A program made the position numbers and the translations under genes. A stretch of DNA of 64,000 bases, taken from NCBI GenBank assembly GCA_049720225.1, contig JBNASD010000001.1, positions 164,733-228,732 of the forward strand, given 5' to 3'. The first letter of the stretch is position 1, and the number at the start of each line of letters is the position of its first letter. The notes below the pieces were generated by a model that did no database searches, was not told the origin of the DNA, and worked only from the letters and a program-made list of their open reading frames with translations. Source of the stretch: Microgenomates group bacterium. Its GTDB lineage: Bacteria > Patescibacteriota > Microgenomatia > PFEM01 > JBNASD01. Positions 36,630-46,789 of the stretch are shown here, piece after piece.

Positions 36630-37748
36630 TTAAAGATATTCTTTTTTATTTTTTTCTTTAAGAAGATTAACTATCTGCTTTACTTCTTGGGCTTTATCTT
36701 TTCGACAAATTAAAACCGCATCAGAACTATCAACTACGATTAAATCCTCAACTCCAATTAAAGCAATCAATTGATCATCAAATTGAATTAAATTATTTTT
36801 TGCCTCCAAAGCGATTACTTCTCCTTTTTTTCCAAATTTAATAATCACGTTTCCCTGGTCATCTTTGGGAGAGATTTCATAAATTACACTCCAATCTCCT
36901 ACATCGTTCCAACCAATATCCGCCGGAATCACCAACCCATTTCTAATTTTTTCCGAAACTGCCACATCTACCGGCATTTCGGGGGCTTCTTCATAAACTT
37001 CTTTTAATAAAGAAAAAAACCTCTTTTTGCCAATAACTGGCCGAATTTTTTCTACCGCCTGATAAATTGCCGGGGTGTATTTTTTAAGAGTTTCTAAGAA
37101 AAAACCCGATGGCCAAATATACATTCCCGAATTCCAATAGTAATTTCCTTCTTTAATAAATCTTTGAGCGGTTTCAAAATCTGGTTTTTCAACAAATTTT
37201 TCTAAATGATAAACAGCAAACCCATCGATTTTTCCTTTTTGCTTTCCGGCTTTAATATAACCAAAACCTGTATGGGGATAAGTAGGTTTAATTCCAATAG
37301 TGACTAACGTATTTTCCTTAAAAGCAGCTTTTGCTCCCGCTAATTCTACCTTTTTAAATATTTCTTCTTTTCTTACTAAGTGATCTGCCCAAAAGTTCAT
37401 TATTACTGCCTGAGGATCCTTTTGATGAATTATTAACGTTCCTAAACTACAAGCCATGGCGGTATTTTTCCTTGCCGGTTCCCAAAAAATATTTTCTTGA
37501 GGAATTTGGGGAGTTTCTCTTTTAATTTCTTTAGCATACTCTTTAGAAGTAGTAACGATAAAAATTTTTTCCGGTTTAACTAATCCTTTTAATCTTCTAA
37601 TTGTTTTTTGATATAAAGTTTCCTTTCCAAAAAGACGGGAAAATTGTTTTGGTGTTTTCTCCCGAGAACGTGGCCATAATCGCGTTCCTCCCCCTCCACA
37701 AATTACTAAAGCATATAAATGTTGATTTAAATCATTTTTTCCTGCCAT
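36630..37748 (-). CDS. manC: Mannose-1-phosphate guanylyltransferase (GDP-mannose pyrophosphorylase)
   Basis: LYALVICGGGGTRLWPRSREKTPKQF NTP-transferase signature; 372 aa. Confidence 0.75.
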   Translation of the reverse strand: MAGKNDLNQHLYALVICGGGGTRLWPRSREKTPKQFSRLFGKETLYQKTIRRLKGLVKPEKIFIVTTSKEYAKEIKRETPQIPQENIFWEPARKNTAMACSLGTLIIHQKDPQAVIMNFWADHLVRKEEIFKKVELAGAKAAFKENTLVTIGIKPTYPHTGFGYIKAGKQKGKIDGFAVYHLEKFVEKPDFETAQRFIKEGNYYWNSGMYIWPSGFFLETLKKYTPAIYQAVEKIRPVIGKKRFFSLLKEVYEEAPEMPVDVAVSEKIRNGLVIPADIGWNDVGDWSVIYEISPKDDQGNVIIKFGKKGEVIALEAKNNLIQFDDQLIALIGVEDLIVVDSSDAVLICRKDKAQEVKQIVNLLKEKNKKEYL

Positions 37749-38836
37749 TTTCTTATTACTAAATCCTTAAATTCTTTTTTAAATCTTTCTTTACTAAATC
37801 TTAACGCATTTTGTTGACAATCTTCAACTTTAAATTTCATTTTTTTAAATTTTTTAATCGCCGTAATTAAAGATTCTGGTGTTTGGTGATCGAAAAAAAT
37901 TCCTGTTTTATTTTCAATAATTGTTTCTTTTGCTCCTCCCCCTCGAAAAGCAATTACTGGTTTTCCACACGCCTGGGCCTCTAAAGGTACTAATCCAAAA
38001 TCTTCTTCTTGAGGAAAAATTACCGCCAAACAATTTTGATAATAACTTAACAACTTCTCATCTGTCAACTGACCCAAAAATTCAATGTTTTTATTAGCCA
38101 TTCTTTTAAGTTTCCCCATTTGTTTACCTATCCCGATAATTTTTAATGGCAATCCCAAATCATTAAAAGCTTTTACTGCAATATCAATTTTTTTATAAGG
38201 AACCAGTCGGGAGACAATTAAGAAATATTTTGTATTTTTCTTTTCCGTTTTTCGCTTTGAGCTTTTCGCTTTGAGCTTAAAAAATTCGGTATCTATTGGT
38301 GGATAAATCAATTCAGAATCTTGACAATAGTATTTTTTAATCCTTTGTTGGATATTTTGAGAAATCGCTACATAGCAATCTGGTCGCCAAGAAGCAATTT
38401 TGTCCCATTTTCTTAAATAATTAACTATCGGTTTAGTAATCAATCTCAACATTTTATTTTTAAAGTAATCATCATAACCGCTCCACAAATACCGCGTTGG
38501 AGTTAAACAATAACAAATATGTAAAGTTGATGGTTTCGTAATAATTCCCTTAGCCGCTTCACTGGTAACCGAAATAACCACCTCAAAATTATCAAAATTA
38601 AAACTTTCAAAAGCTAAAGGCATTAACCAAGGATAAAGTTCATGATAAGTTTTTCCTAAAGGAAATTTATTCAAAAATGAAGGAAAAACTTGAAAAACTT
38701 TCGCCCATTGAGCTTTTTTGGGATTATAAACGGCAGTAAACAATGGTGCTTCTGGCCAAATTTCATGCAAAGCCAAAAGTACTCTCTCTGCTCCTCCCCA
38801 TTTGTTAACTCTATCGTAAACTAAGGCTACCCTCAT
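37727..38836 (-). CDS. Glycosyltransferase family 4
   Basis: GGAERVLLAL N-terminal motif; EX7E EDFGLVPLEAQACGKPVIAFRGGGAKETI. Carries heptamer repeat tract 38240-38275. Confidence 0.8.
   Translation of the reverse strand: MRVALVYDRVNKWGGAERVLLALHEIWPEAPLFTAVYNPKKAQWAKVFQVFPSFLNKFPLGKTYHELYPWLMPLAFESFNFDNFEVVISVTSEAAKGIITKPSTLHICYCLTPTRYLWSGYDDYFKNKMLRLITKPIVNYLRKWDKIASWRPDCYVAISQNIQQRIKKYYCQDSELIYPPIDTEFFKLKAKSSKRKTEKKNTKYFLIVSRLVPYKKIDIAVKAFNDLGLPLKIIGIGKQMGKLKRMANKNIEFLGQLTDEKLLSYYQNCLAVIFPQEEDFGLVPLEAQACGKPVIAFRGGGAKETIIENKTGIFFDHQTPESLITAIKKFKKMKFKVEDCQQNALRFSKERFKKEFKDLVIRKWQEKMI
38240..38275. repeat. Heptamer/14-mer tandem repeat (TTTTCGC TTTGAGC)x2 plus two degenerate leading heptads, inside a GT4 gene
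   Basis: ttttccg tttttcg ctttgag cttttcg ctttgag. Confidence 0.6.
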
Positions 38837-38841
38837 AAATT

Positions 38842-39978
38842 TTAAATTTTAAATTTTAAATTTTTATAAATTTCTATTGTTTGGCTGGCCATTTTTTTCC
38901 AAGAATAATTTTTTACTAATTGCTTTCCCTTCTTAATCAAAAATGCTTTTTTTTCTTTATTTTCTATCAATTGTCCTAACTTTTTAATTAAATCTTTTTC
39001 CGAATGTGGATCAAAGTATAATACTGCTTCTTTATATACTTCTCGAAAAACAGGAATATCCGAAGCAATTACCGGTAATCCCACTGCCATTGCTTCTAAT
39101 GCCGGTAAACCAAAACCCTCCATTAAGGAGGGAAAGATAAAAGCTTCTCCCGCTTTGTAAATTTGCGATAATTCTTTATCAGAAACAAAACCAATAAATT
39201 TTACATATTCTTCCGCCTCTAATTTTTTAACCTTTTCCGCTAATCTTTTTTGAAAAATATTTCTTGCACAGACAATTACTAAATAAAGTTTTCTTATCTG
39301 ATTAAATTCCTTTATTGCTTTAATTAAAGTCTCTATATTTTTATGAGGATAAAGGCTACCGGTATAAACCACGAAAGGTCTTTTAATTTTATACTTAGTT
39401 AAAAACCTATCAATTTTAAATTTAAAATTTAAAATTTTAAATTTATTTTCTACTCCTTCATATGTCACTTCAATTTTTTTTGGAGATAAACGATATTTTT
39501 TAATTAATTCTTTTTTCCAAAAATTGGAGGGAGTAATAATTTTTTTTGCTCTTTTTATTGCCCACCAAACTATTAATCGATAATTTAAATATTTAAACCA
39601 ATAAAAAAGCGATCCTCTAGTAGTTGTCTCTTTCCCTTTAAAATAATGTTTAATTAAATCATGAATTGTCACCACGTAATCTCCAAACCAAAAAATCGGC
39701 ACATTAAAGTGAGGAAAATGAACCAAATCAGGTTTTAATTTAAAAAGCAAAATTGGTAAAAAAAATTGTTCTTTGAAAGAATAATGGGGATAATCAGCTA
39801 AAACTTTTTTAAAATTTTTATTTTTAAATTTCAATTTTTTAAAGTACTTTTTCTTTAATAAAATAAAATATTGATTTTCTTTATCTAAACCTTCAATTTC
39901 TTTAATTAAATTCATTACATACCGACCAATTCCTGCGTTTTCCAAACCATATAAACGAGCATCGATGCAAATTTTCAT
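38842..39978 (-). CDS. Glycosyltransferase family 4
   Basis: EGFGLPALEAMAVGLPVIASDIPVFREV. Carries AATTTTA-type heptamer tracts at 39412-39446 and at its 3' end 38847-38874. Confidence 0.8.
   Translation of the reverse strand: MKICIDARLYGLENAGIGRYVMNLIKEIEGLDKENQYFILLKKKYFKKLKFKNKNFKKVLADYPHYSFKEQFFLPILLFKLKPDLVHFPHFNVPIFWFGDYVVTIHDLIKHYFKGKETTTRGSLFYWFKYLNYRLIVWWAIKRAKKIITPSNFWKKELIKKYRLSPKKIEVTYEGVENKFKILNFKFKIDRFLTKYKIKRPFVVYTGSLYPHKNIETLIKAIKEFNQIRKLYLVIVCARNIFQKRLAEKVKKLEAEEYVKFIGFVSDKELSQIYKAGEAFIFPSLMEGFGLPALEAMAVGLPVIASDIPVFREVYKEAVLYFDPHSEKDLIKKLGQLIENKEKKAFLIKKGKQLVKNYSWKKMASQTIEIYKNLKFKI
38847..38874. repeat. Heptamer tandem repeat AATTTTA x4 at the 3' end of GT4 gene 38842..39978
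   Basis: aatttta aatttta aatttta aattttt; encodes C-terminal …KNLKFKI*. Confidence 0.6.
39412..39446. repeat. Heptamer tandem repeat AATTT(T/A)A x5 inside GT4 gene
   Basis: aatttta aatttaa aatttaa aatttta aatttat; encodes KFKILNFKFKI. Confidence 0.6.
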
Positions 39979-40011
39979 AGTTTAATTAATTAAAGAAAAT
40001 AATTTAATCAA

Positions 40012-40935
40012 TTAAATTGAAAGTTTTTTTAACCTTATTTTTTCTAAAATATCAATTCCTTTTAAAACTAACCAAGTAATAAACCGCGGGTATTTATTTA
40101 AATAGTGTTTTCGATAAAAAATTCTCATTGCCGAAGTTGAAGCTTTAATTGCTTTTATTTTTGTTTCTTTATTTGCTAAAGATATTTTTTGCGATTCTTT
40201 TCTTATCCCCGAGGTTATTCCCTTAAAATGAATAATTTTTACTTTTGGAAAATAATAAATTTTCCAACCTAATTTTTTAATTCGATAACAAAAATCCAAA
40301 TCCTCTCCATACCAAAAATAATCTTCATCCCACCAATTTATTTTCTCTCCTGCTTCCCGTCTTACTATTAAAAAAGCACCGGCTCCTGCATCTATTTCAT
40401 GAGCTTCGTTTAAAGGTTTCCACCCGAGAATATAGCCTGAAAAAATTCTTGATTTAGGAAATAATTTTTCTAAACCAGAAAAATGACAAAAAGCATTCCA
40501 AGGTGTAGGAAAACCTCGATGGCAAGCTTCGTCCATTTTTCCATTAGGCAATTCCACTCGACAAGTAGCTACTCCCACCTCTGGATGATCATCCATAAAT
40601 TTAATCATTTCTTTAAATGTATTTTTTTTCACTAAAGTATCAGGATTTAAAAACAATAAATATCTTCCCTTAGCTTTTTTAACTCCTATATTGTTCCCCG
40701 CTGAAAATCCTAAATTTTTTTTGTTTTTAATAATTATCAGTCCTTTAAATTTAAATTTTTCAATTTTCTTTATCGAATTATCAGTAGAAGCATTATCAAC
40801 AACAATTACTTCATAATTAAATCCATTTTTTTCAGAAGAAAAAACCGAATTTAAACAATTTTCAAGAAATTCACCAGAATTATAATTTAAAATAATTATT
40901 GATAAATCAATTTTTTCCTTTTTGGATTTTTTCAT
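40012..40935 (-). CDS. Glycosyltransferase family 2 (WbbL/rhamnosyltransferase-like subfamily)
   Basis: LSIIILNYNSGEFL…VVDNASTDNS…NLGFSAGNN…YGEDLDFCYR. Confidence 0.75.
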   Translation of the reverse strand: MKKSKKEKIDLSIIILNYNSGEFLENCLNSVFSSEKNGFNYEVIVVDNASTDNSIKKIEKFKFKGLIIIKNKKNLGFSAGNNIGVKKAKGRYLLFLNPDTLVKKNTFKEMIKFMDDHPEVGVATCRVELPNGKMDEACHRGFPTPWNAFCHFSGLEKLFPKSRIFSGYILGWKPLNEAHEIDAGAGAFLIVRREAGEKINWWDEDYFWYGEDLDFCYRIKKLGWKIYYFPKVKIIHFKGITSGIRKESQKISLANKETKIKAIKASTSAMRIFYRKHYLNKYPRFITWLVLKGIDILEKIRLKKLSI

Positions 40936-42109
40936 AAACTAAATTAAGTTTTTGGGCGCTTTTTGCCCAATCGTAATTTAACTTTACTAACTTTCTTCCC
41001 TCATTTCCAATTTTTTCTATTTCTGAAGGATTTAAAATTAAATTAATTGTTTTTTTTACTATTTTTTTACAATTATCTTCAATAATTACTCCTTGTCCGT
41101 TTTTTACTTGTATTCCTTCAATTCCTTTAGAGGTAGTAATAATAGGCAATCCTGAGGCCATTGCTTCAAAAAATTTTGTTCTACTTCCTCCTCCACTTTT
41201 CATTGGCGCCACTAACACCCAAGACTGTTGATAAGCACGACGACTATCATCAATTTCCTCAATAATAATATCTTCCTTTCCTCTCCAAGAAGATAAAACT
41301 TTAGGGGCAATTTTCCCTACAATCCAAAGTTGAACATTTTTTAATTTATTTTTAATTTCTGGCCAAATTTCTTTAAGAAGAATTTCCGCTCCTTCTTTAT
41401 TTTGCAACCAATGAAAATCAGCTGCTCCAAATAAAATGGTAGGAATTTTCTTTCTTTTCCATATCCTTTTTCCAAAATAATTAAAGTCAACACCGTTTTC
41501 TACTACCTCCACATCTTTTCTTCCAGAAATTTTTTTTATAAAATCTGCATCCTCCACTGAAACCGCCGTTAACCAATCTGCTTTTTTCCAAAAATAGACC
41601 TCCCAATATTTTAATTTCCAAACATCAATCATTAAAAAGGGTTTTAAAAAAAATAAATACCAAGGTAAAGTCTCTACAAAATGATGAAAAACTTTATATA
41701 AGATTGTCTGTTCGGTAAGAAGAATTGGAACTGAGGTTTTGGGAAGATGTGGCATAACATAAAAATTTTCTGCGTGAATTAAGTCATATTTTTCTTTTTT
41801 AAGCTCCTCTTCTATTGCTTTTTTTTCTTCCTCTGATAAATTTCTTATCACCAAAAAAGGATAGACTCCAAAAATTGTTTTCAATACATTTTTAACTGTC
41901 CAGGGTTTACTTGAACGATAAAAAACTTTTATCTTTCGACAATATTTTTTAAGCTCTTTTATATATTTTTTCTCTTTTTCTTCTTTTATTAAAGAAAAAA
42001 GAGTGATTTGGTGTTTTTTTGCCAAATTTTTAATTAAATTATAAGACCTTACTTGTCCTCCGGAATTAGGAGGATAAGGCAAATATGGCGTAAGCATTAA
42101 AATTTTCAT
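40907..42109 (-). CDS. Glycosyltransferase family 4
   Basis: MKILMLTPYLPYPPNSGGQVRSYNL N-terminus; C-terminal GT-B domain with SKGIEGI…; 400 aa. Confidence 0.7.
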   Translation of the reverse strand: MKILMLTPYLPYPPNSGGQVRSYNLIKNLAKKHQITLFSLIKEEKEKKYIKELKKYCRKIKVFYRSSKPWTVKNVLKTIFGVYPFLVIRNLSEEEKKAIEEELKKEKYDLIHAENFYVMPHLPKTSVPILLTEQTILYKVFHHFVETLPWYLFFLKPFLMIDVWKLKYWEVYFWKKADWLTAVSVEDADFIKKISGRKDVEVVENGVDFNYFGKRIWKRKKIPTILFGAADFHWLQNKEGAEILLKEIWPEIKNKLKNVQLWIVGKIAPKVLSSWRGKEDIIIEEIDDSRRAYQQSWVLVAPMKSGGGSRTKFFEAMASGLPIITTSKGIEGIQVKNGQGVIIEDNCKKIVKKTINLILNPSEIEKIGNEGRKLVKLNYDWAKSAQKLNLVYEKIQKGKN

Positions 42110-43575
42110 AAAACCTCTTTTTTTAAAGATAAGTTAATCATCTTTATTAAAATTCCCAATAGAATCCAAAAAATGAAAGCCACTTTTGACGCTTCAAAAA
42201 CATCAATAAAAGTGGCATTTATTAATATTCCAATTACCGCTCCACCTATTCCTCCTGCTATACTTTTAATAAATAAAGGGGGTCTTTTTTGCCAAAAAAT
42301 TAAAAATTGCCGAAAACCCTCGACAAAAATTAATCCAAAGGCAAAAAAACCTAAAATTCCTGTCTCTCCTAAAGCCCTTAAGTAATCATTATCAGTGGCT
42401 AAAGTAATAGAAGAATAACCTGTTCCTAAAAAAGGATTTTTAATCAAAGCCCGAATAGCTCGAGGCCATTCTACTTTAAATCTAATTCCACTTGAATACT
42501 CTACCGCTACTTCCGTACTTGGTCGCCACCTTTCAATTACGGTAGGCACAGGTGTTGGAGAAATCAGAATTTTTTCTCTTTTTTGGGTTGTTTTTTTTTC
42601 TGCTAAAGGCAAAGGAGTGGGAGTTGGCGAAGGTAAAAAAGTAGGAGAAGGAATAGGAAAACTCGTTCTTATTTTTTGTTCTTGCTTGGGTAAACGCGAA
42701 GAAATAAAAGATAAATCAATATTAAAAGTTAAGGCATATCGTTGACCTAAATCAGAGGAAAAAACCATTCCTAATAAACTAAAAACTAATACCGGTCCAA
42801 TCCATTTAAATTTTTTAACAAAAATTAAAACTCCAATTACTGCTACCAAATATGCAAAAAAAGAAATTCGCGAAGAAGTTAAAAGTAAAGTATAAAAGGC
42901 AAAAATTAATAAGAAAAATCCAAAAATTCTTTCCTTTTTATCTTGAGTTCCTACAATAAATCCAATTGTAATCGACAAAACCATTACCAAAAACGCTGCT
43001 AAATCATAATGACCAGCAAACGTAGAATTAACTCTAGTCCATTCGGTTAATTGCAGCAACATTCCTTTAGAAAACTCCTCATTCATGGTGGAAACTACCG
43101 GCCAATCAAAAAATTTTTGACCAACTGCATAAACTCCCACTCCGATAGTTGCTAAAAATAAAGAAAATAAATAGCTTTTAATTTGACGAAAGTTATTTAA
43201 AGAAGAATAAGCCACAAAAAACAATCCCATATATTCTATTCTTCTTAAAAAATGTAAAAAAGCTAAATGAGGGGTAATGTTTTTAGTAATTAATAAAGCG
43301 CTTAGTAAAGAAAGTAATCCTATTCCCCAATAAAAAACAATCAATTGAGAAATTTTATTCTTAAACGTAGGAAATTTATTCTTACCCTCTAAAAAAAACC
43401 AAATTAAAAAAGTAAAAGCAACAAAAAAGTCTTCAATTCTTATCGCTACATAAGTTCCTGGCACATTAAATAAAGGAAACTTCGGATAAAGAGGAACAAA
43501 AATTAGTAACGCAATAATTAATAAAGATAAAATATTACTTTCCGATGACTGCCAAAGCTTCTTCATAAGTCTCAA
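42106..43575 (-). CDS. O-antigen ligase/polymerase-like (Wzy_C-type) polytopic membrane protein with an internal Pro/Thr-rich periplasmic loop
   Basis: ~10-12 TM; large loop containing FPIPSPTFLPSPTPTPLPLAEKK; flanked by GT genes. Confidence 0.45.
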   Translation of the reverse strand: MRLMKKLWQSSESNILSLLIIALLIFVPLYPKFPLFNVPGTYVAIRIEDFFVAFTFLIWFFLEGKNKFPTFKNKISQLIVFYWGIGLLSLLSALLITKNITPHLAFLHFLRRIEYMGLFFVAYSSLNNFRQIKSYLFSLFLATIGVGVYAVGQKFFDWPVVSTMNEEFSKGMLLQLTEWTRVNSTFAGHYDLAAFLVMVLSITIGFIVGTQDKKERIFGFFLLIFAFYTLLLTSSRISFFAYLVAVIGVLIFVKKFKWIGPVLVFSLLGMVFSSDLGQRYALTFNIDLSFISSRLPKQEQKIRTSFPIPSPTFLPSPTPTPLPLAEKKTTQKREKILISPTPVPTVIERWRPSTEVAVEYSSGIRFKVEWPRAIRALIKNPFLGTGYSSITLATDNDYLRALGETGILGFFAFGLIFVEGFRQFLIFWQKRPPLFIKSIAGGIGGAVIGILINATFIDVFEASKVAFIFWILLGILIKMINLSLKKEVL

Positions 43576-44461
43576 TTAAATATTTATTTTTGGTTATTTT
43601 TCCTAAAATAACGGCTAACCATGCTTTTGATTTTAGCATAAATTTAAGAATATTTTTTTGCCATTGAGATTTATGTTTTTGGTAAAAATAGCAAAGACCC
43701 CGATAAATATTTATAATCGGCCATTTTCTCCCCGAAGGAGAACTTCCTCCACCCAAATGAATAATCTCTGCTCCTGGCCAAAAAATTATTTTCCAACCTG
43801 CTTTTTTAATCCGCCAACACCATTCTACCTCATCCATATACATAAAAATTTCTTCGTCCATAAAGCCAGCATCTTTTAAAACTTCTGGTCTTACCATCAT
43901 CGCCGCCCCCATCACCCAATCTACCTCTTTTGTTTTTTTCGGAGAAAATCTTACCAAATTTCCAAACCAATGCTCACCAAAAAGCATTAAAAAAGAAACC
44001 CAAAGATGAGGAAAATAACCACAAGATGGCTGCCAACTACCATCCGGATTTAATAGCCGACAACCAAGTACTCCTATGTTAGGATTTTTATCCATAAATT
44101 CTGCCATTTTTAAGGGAGCTAAATTTTTAATAATTGTATCGGAGTTTAAAAGCAAAAAATATTCTCCCTCAGCTTTTCTCATTCCCTGATTATTTCCCGC
44201 TCCAAAACCTAAATTTTTCTTATTTTTTATAATTTTTACTCTAAAATTTGGTAAATTGGCAATTTTCAATTTAAAATTTTCCATTACCTCTATCGATCCA
44301 TCCTGCGAACCATTATCTACTAAGATAATTTCTTCGATTAATTTTTCCTTCCTTCCTTCTTTAATCAGAGATTCTAAACAATTTTTTAAAAGTTCTTTAG
44401 TATTATAAGAAAGAATAATGACAGATACTTTTGGTTTTTTGGTTATTTTTTTATTTTCCAT
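43535..44461 (-). CDS. Glycosyltransferase family 2 (WbbL-like)
   Basis: VSVIILSYNTKELL…LVDNGSQDGS…NLGFGAGNNQG…YMDEVEWCWR. Confidence 0.75.
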   Translation of the reverse strand: MENKKITKKPKVSVIILSYNTKELLKNCLESLIKEGRKEKLIEEIILVDNGSQDGSIEVMENFKLKIANLPNFRVKIIKNKKNLGFGAGNNQGMRKAEGEYFLLLNSDTIIKNLAPLKMAEFMDKNPNIGVLGCRLLNPDGSWQPSCGYFPHLWVSFLMLFGEHWFGNLVRFSPKKTKEVDWVMGAAMMVRPEVLKDAGFMDEEIFMYMDEVEWCWRIKKAGWKIIFWPGAEIIHLGGGSSPSGRKWPIINIYRGLCYFYQKHKSQWQKNILKFMLKSKAWLAVILGKITKNKYLIETYEEALAVIGK

Positions 44462-45033
44462 AAAGAATAAATAATTTCTCTTCCTGTATTAAATAAAAAC
44501 AAAATTCCGATCATAATTCCGGTCCAAACTAAAATTCTTGACCAAACAAATGATTCTATATGTTTGAGAATCACTTTTGTTTTATAAATTTTTCCCTCAA
44601 TCAATAATACAGGAGCAGCATCAGGAACTTTTTTTAAATAATAATCATCCTCTTGGGGCGTCCAACCAGCTACAAATAAAGATTCCTTGAGAGGATTAAT
44701 TAATTCTTCGCAATAGGTAAATCGTTGTGTATCACGAACTTTTTCTTGACAATATTCAGGAGGATGATTAAGTTTAATTACCGGTAAGGGCAATCCCCAT
44801 AACCAACTTTTTCCATAAGCTTTTTTAAAAAAATCAATTACTTCTTTGCGTGATAAATCTGTATAAAAAGCCCAAATACCAGGAAATTGATAAGTATCTC
44901 CTGGTTCTTTGGAACGAAAAGAGTCATAAAGCTCAGGAATTACTGGCCCAGGTAAAACTAAATAAAGAAGACCAAGAAAATAAATCAAAATTGCCAATTT
45001 AAAACCAAATTTTTTGAAATTATTTAACTTCAT
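44443..45033 (-). CDS. Hypothetical bitopic membrane protein (196 aa)
   Basis: N- and C-terminal hydrophobic segments; no motifs. Confidence 0.35.
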   Translation of the reverse strand: MKLNNFKKFGFKLAILIYFLGLLYLVLPGPVIPELYDSFRSKEPGDTYQFPGIWAFYTDLSRKEVIDFFKKAYGKSWLWGLPLPVIKLNHPPEYCQEKVRDTQRFTYCEELINPLKESLFVAGWTPQEDDYYLKKVPDAAPVLLIEGKIYKTKVILKHIESFVWSRILVWTGIMIGILFLFNTGREIIYSLWKIKK

Positions 45034-45036
45034 AAA

Positions 45037-45639
45037 TTATTGAAATAATCTCGCTCTTCCTAAGCGATATTTAAACTCCTTCAGTTTTCTTTCGCCGATT
45101 TCTCTTGCGGGTACTCCGGCGACAATTTTTCCTGGAGGAACATCATGAGTAACAATGGCTCCCGCCGCCACCACTGCCCCCCGACCAATTTTTTTTCCTG
45201 GCATAATTATTGCCCGGGGACCAATAAAAACATAATCCTCAATTTCTACCGGTAATTCTACCGCTTTAAACTCAGGATCGTTAATATCATGTTTTGAATT
45301 ATAAATCATCACTTGGGAAGCAATATCAACATGATTACCAATTTTAATTTTTGCTCGCCCATCTAAAAAACAATGATCGCCCACAATTGTATCTTCGCCA
45401 ATTTCAATATTTTTTGGCTGAAAAAAATTTGCCCACATATGAATCGTTGATCCTTTACCAATTTTTATTCCTGCTAAACGATAAAAAAATTTCCTTATAG
45501 TATGAGAGGGAATATGGCCTACCCAACGCAAAAGCATTAATTCAAAATCCAACCAATAATTATAAATCCGATTCAAAATTTTCGGCCAAGCTTGAGAAAA
45601 AGTTAATTCTCTTCCCATTTTATCTTTAAATTTAAACAT
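45037..45639 (-). CDS. Hexapeptide-repeat (LbH) sugar O-acetyltransferase (WcaF/WbbJ-like)
   Basis: [25 protein letters not shown]…[43 protein letters not shown] hexad repeats. Confidence 0.75.
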   Translation of the reverse strand: MFKFKDKMGRELTFSQAWPKILNRIYNYWLDFELMLLRWVGHIPSHTIRKFFYRLAGIKIGKGSTIHMWANFFQPKNIEIGEDTIVGDHCFLDGRAKIKIGNHVDIASQVMIYNSKHDINDPEFKAVELPVEIEDYVFIGPRAIIMPGKKIGRGAVVAAGAIVTHDVPPGKIVAGVPAREIGERKLKEFKYRLGRARLFQ

Positions 45640-46789
45640 TTTTACCTCCCACTCTTTCTAAAACTTTAATTATTTTTTGGGCGGTTTTTTGCCAATCAAA
45701 TTTTTTTACTTGTTGATAACCTAATTTTATCAATTTTTCTTTATTTTCCAAAGCTTTTATTATCCCGTAAGTAATCTCCTCTGGCTTATAAGGATTAACT
45801 AAAATTCCTGCCTTATTTACTACCTCTGGCAAACTTCCCACATTACTGGCAACTACTGGTACCCCCAAACTCATTGCCTCCAATACTGGAATTCCAAATC
45901 CTTCCCAAAAACTGGGAAGAACAAAAACTTCTGCTCCTTTCATAAGAAAGGGTATTTCTTCTTCCTTTACAAAATCAGTAAATATCACTTCTTTTTCTAA
46001 TCTTAATTCTTGAACTTTCTTAAAAATTTTTTCAAATAACCATCCTTTCCTTCCTGTAATTACCAAGTTAATTGTTTTTTCTTTTTTTAAATTTTTAAAA
46101 ATTTTAAACGCTTCTAAAAGACCTTCAATATTTTTACTTGGTTTAAGAGTGCTTAAAAACAAAATATATCTGTTTTTAATTTTATATTTTTCTTTAATTT
46201 TTTTAATTTTAGAATCAGAAACTGTTTGCGGAAAATTTTTGCTAACTCCCGGATAAGCCACGGTAATTTTTTCTGGAGGAATTTTATAAAAATTAACAAT
46301 ATCTTTTTTAGTGCTTTGAGAAATTGCCAAAATATGAGAAGCCCTCTTTAAAGAAAACTCAGTCCAATATTTTAATTTCCAGTAAATTGGTTTAGTAAAA
46401 TGGTAAGGGAATCGTAAATACCCCAAATCCATAATAGAAATCACTAAAGAAGAAGGCAAAAAAATTGGTACGTAATGACCAGGAATAAAAATTACATTAG
46501 GTTTAGGTTTTTCTTTTAAAAGCAGTTTTGACAATCCTAAAAGATTCCATAATCTTGTCGGTCCTCCTATTTTGTATCGCCAATTTTCTTTTGGAGGAGG
46601 TAAATCAGATAAAGGAGAAGAAGGTAAGAAAATTACATATTCGTTTTCTTTATCTTCTTCCCAAAGACTCCATAATAATTCAAAGACATATTGATTTGAA
46701 CCAACACGATTTTTAATATTTGCCTCGTAACCAACTAAACCAATTTTCATTTCAAAGAAGGACAATTTATTAAATCGATTATTACCCAA
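45632..46789 (-). CDS. Glycosyltransferase family 4 (module 1, paired with the downstream GT-C)
   Basis: [29 protein letters not shown]. Confidence 0.8.
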   Translation of the reverse strand: MGNNRFNKLSFFEMKIGLVGYEANIKNRVGSNQYVFELLWSLWEEDKENEYVIFLPSSPLSDLPPPKENWRYKIGGPTRLWNLLGLSKLLLKEKPKPNVIFIPGHYVPIFLPSSLVISIMDLGYLRFPYHFTKPIYWKLKYWTEFSLKRASHILAISQSTKKDIVNFYKIPPEKITVAYPGVSKNFPQTVSDSKIKKIKEKYKIKNRYILFLSTLKPSKNIEGLLEAFKIFKNLKKEKTINLVITGRKGWLFEKIFKKVQELRLEKEVIFTDFVKEEEIPFLMKGAEVFVLPSFWEGFGIPVLEAMSLGVPVVASNVGSLPEVVNKAGILVNPYKPEEITYGIIKALENKEKLIKLGYQQVKKFDWQKTAQKIIKVLERVGGKNV

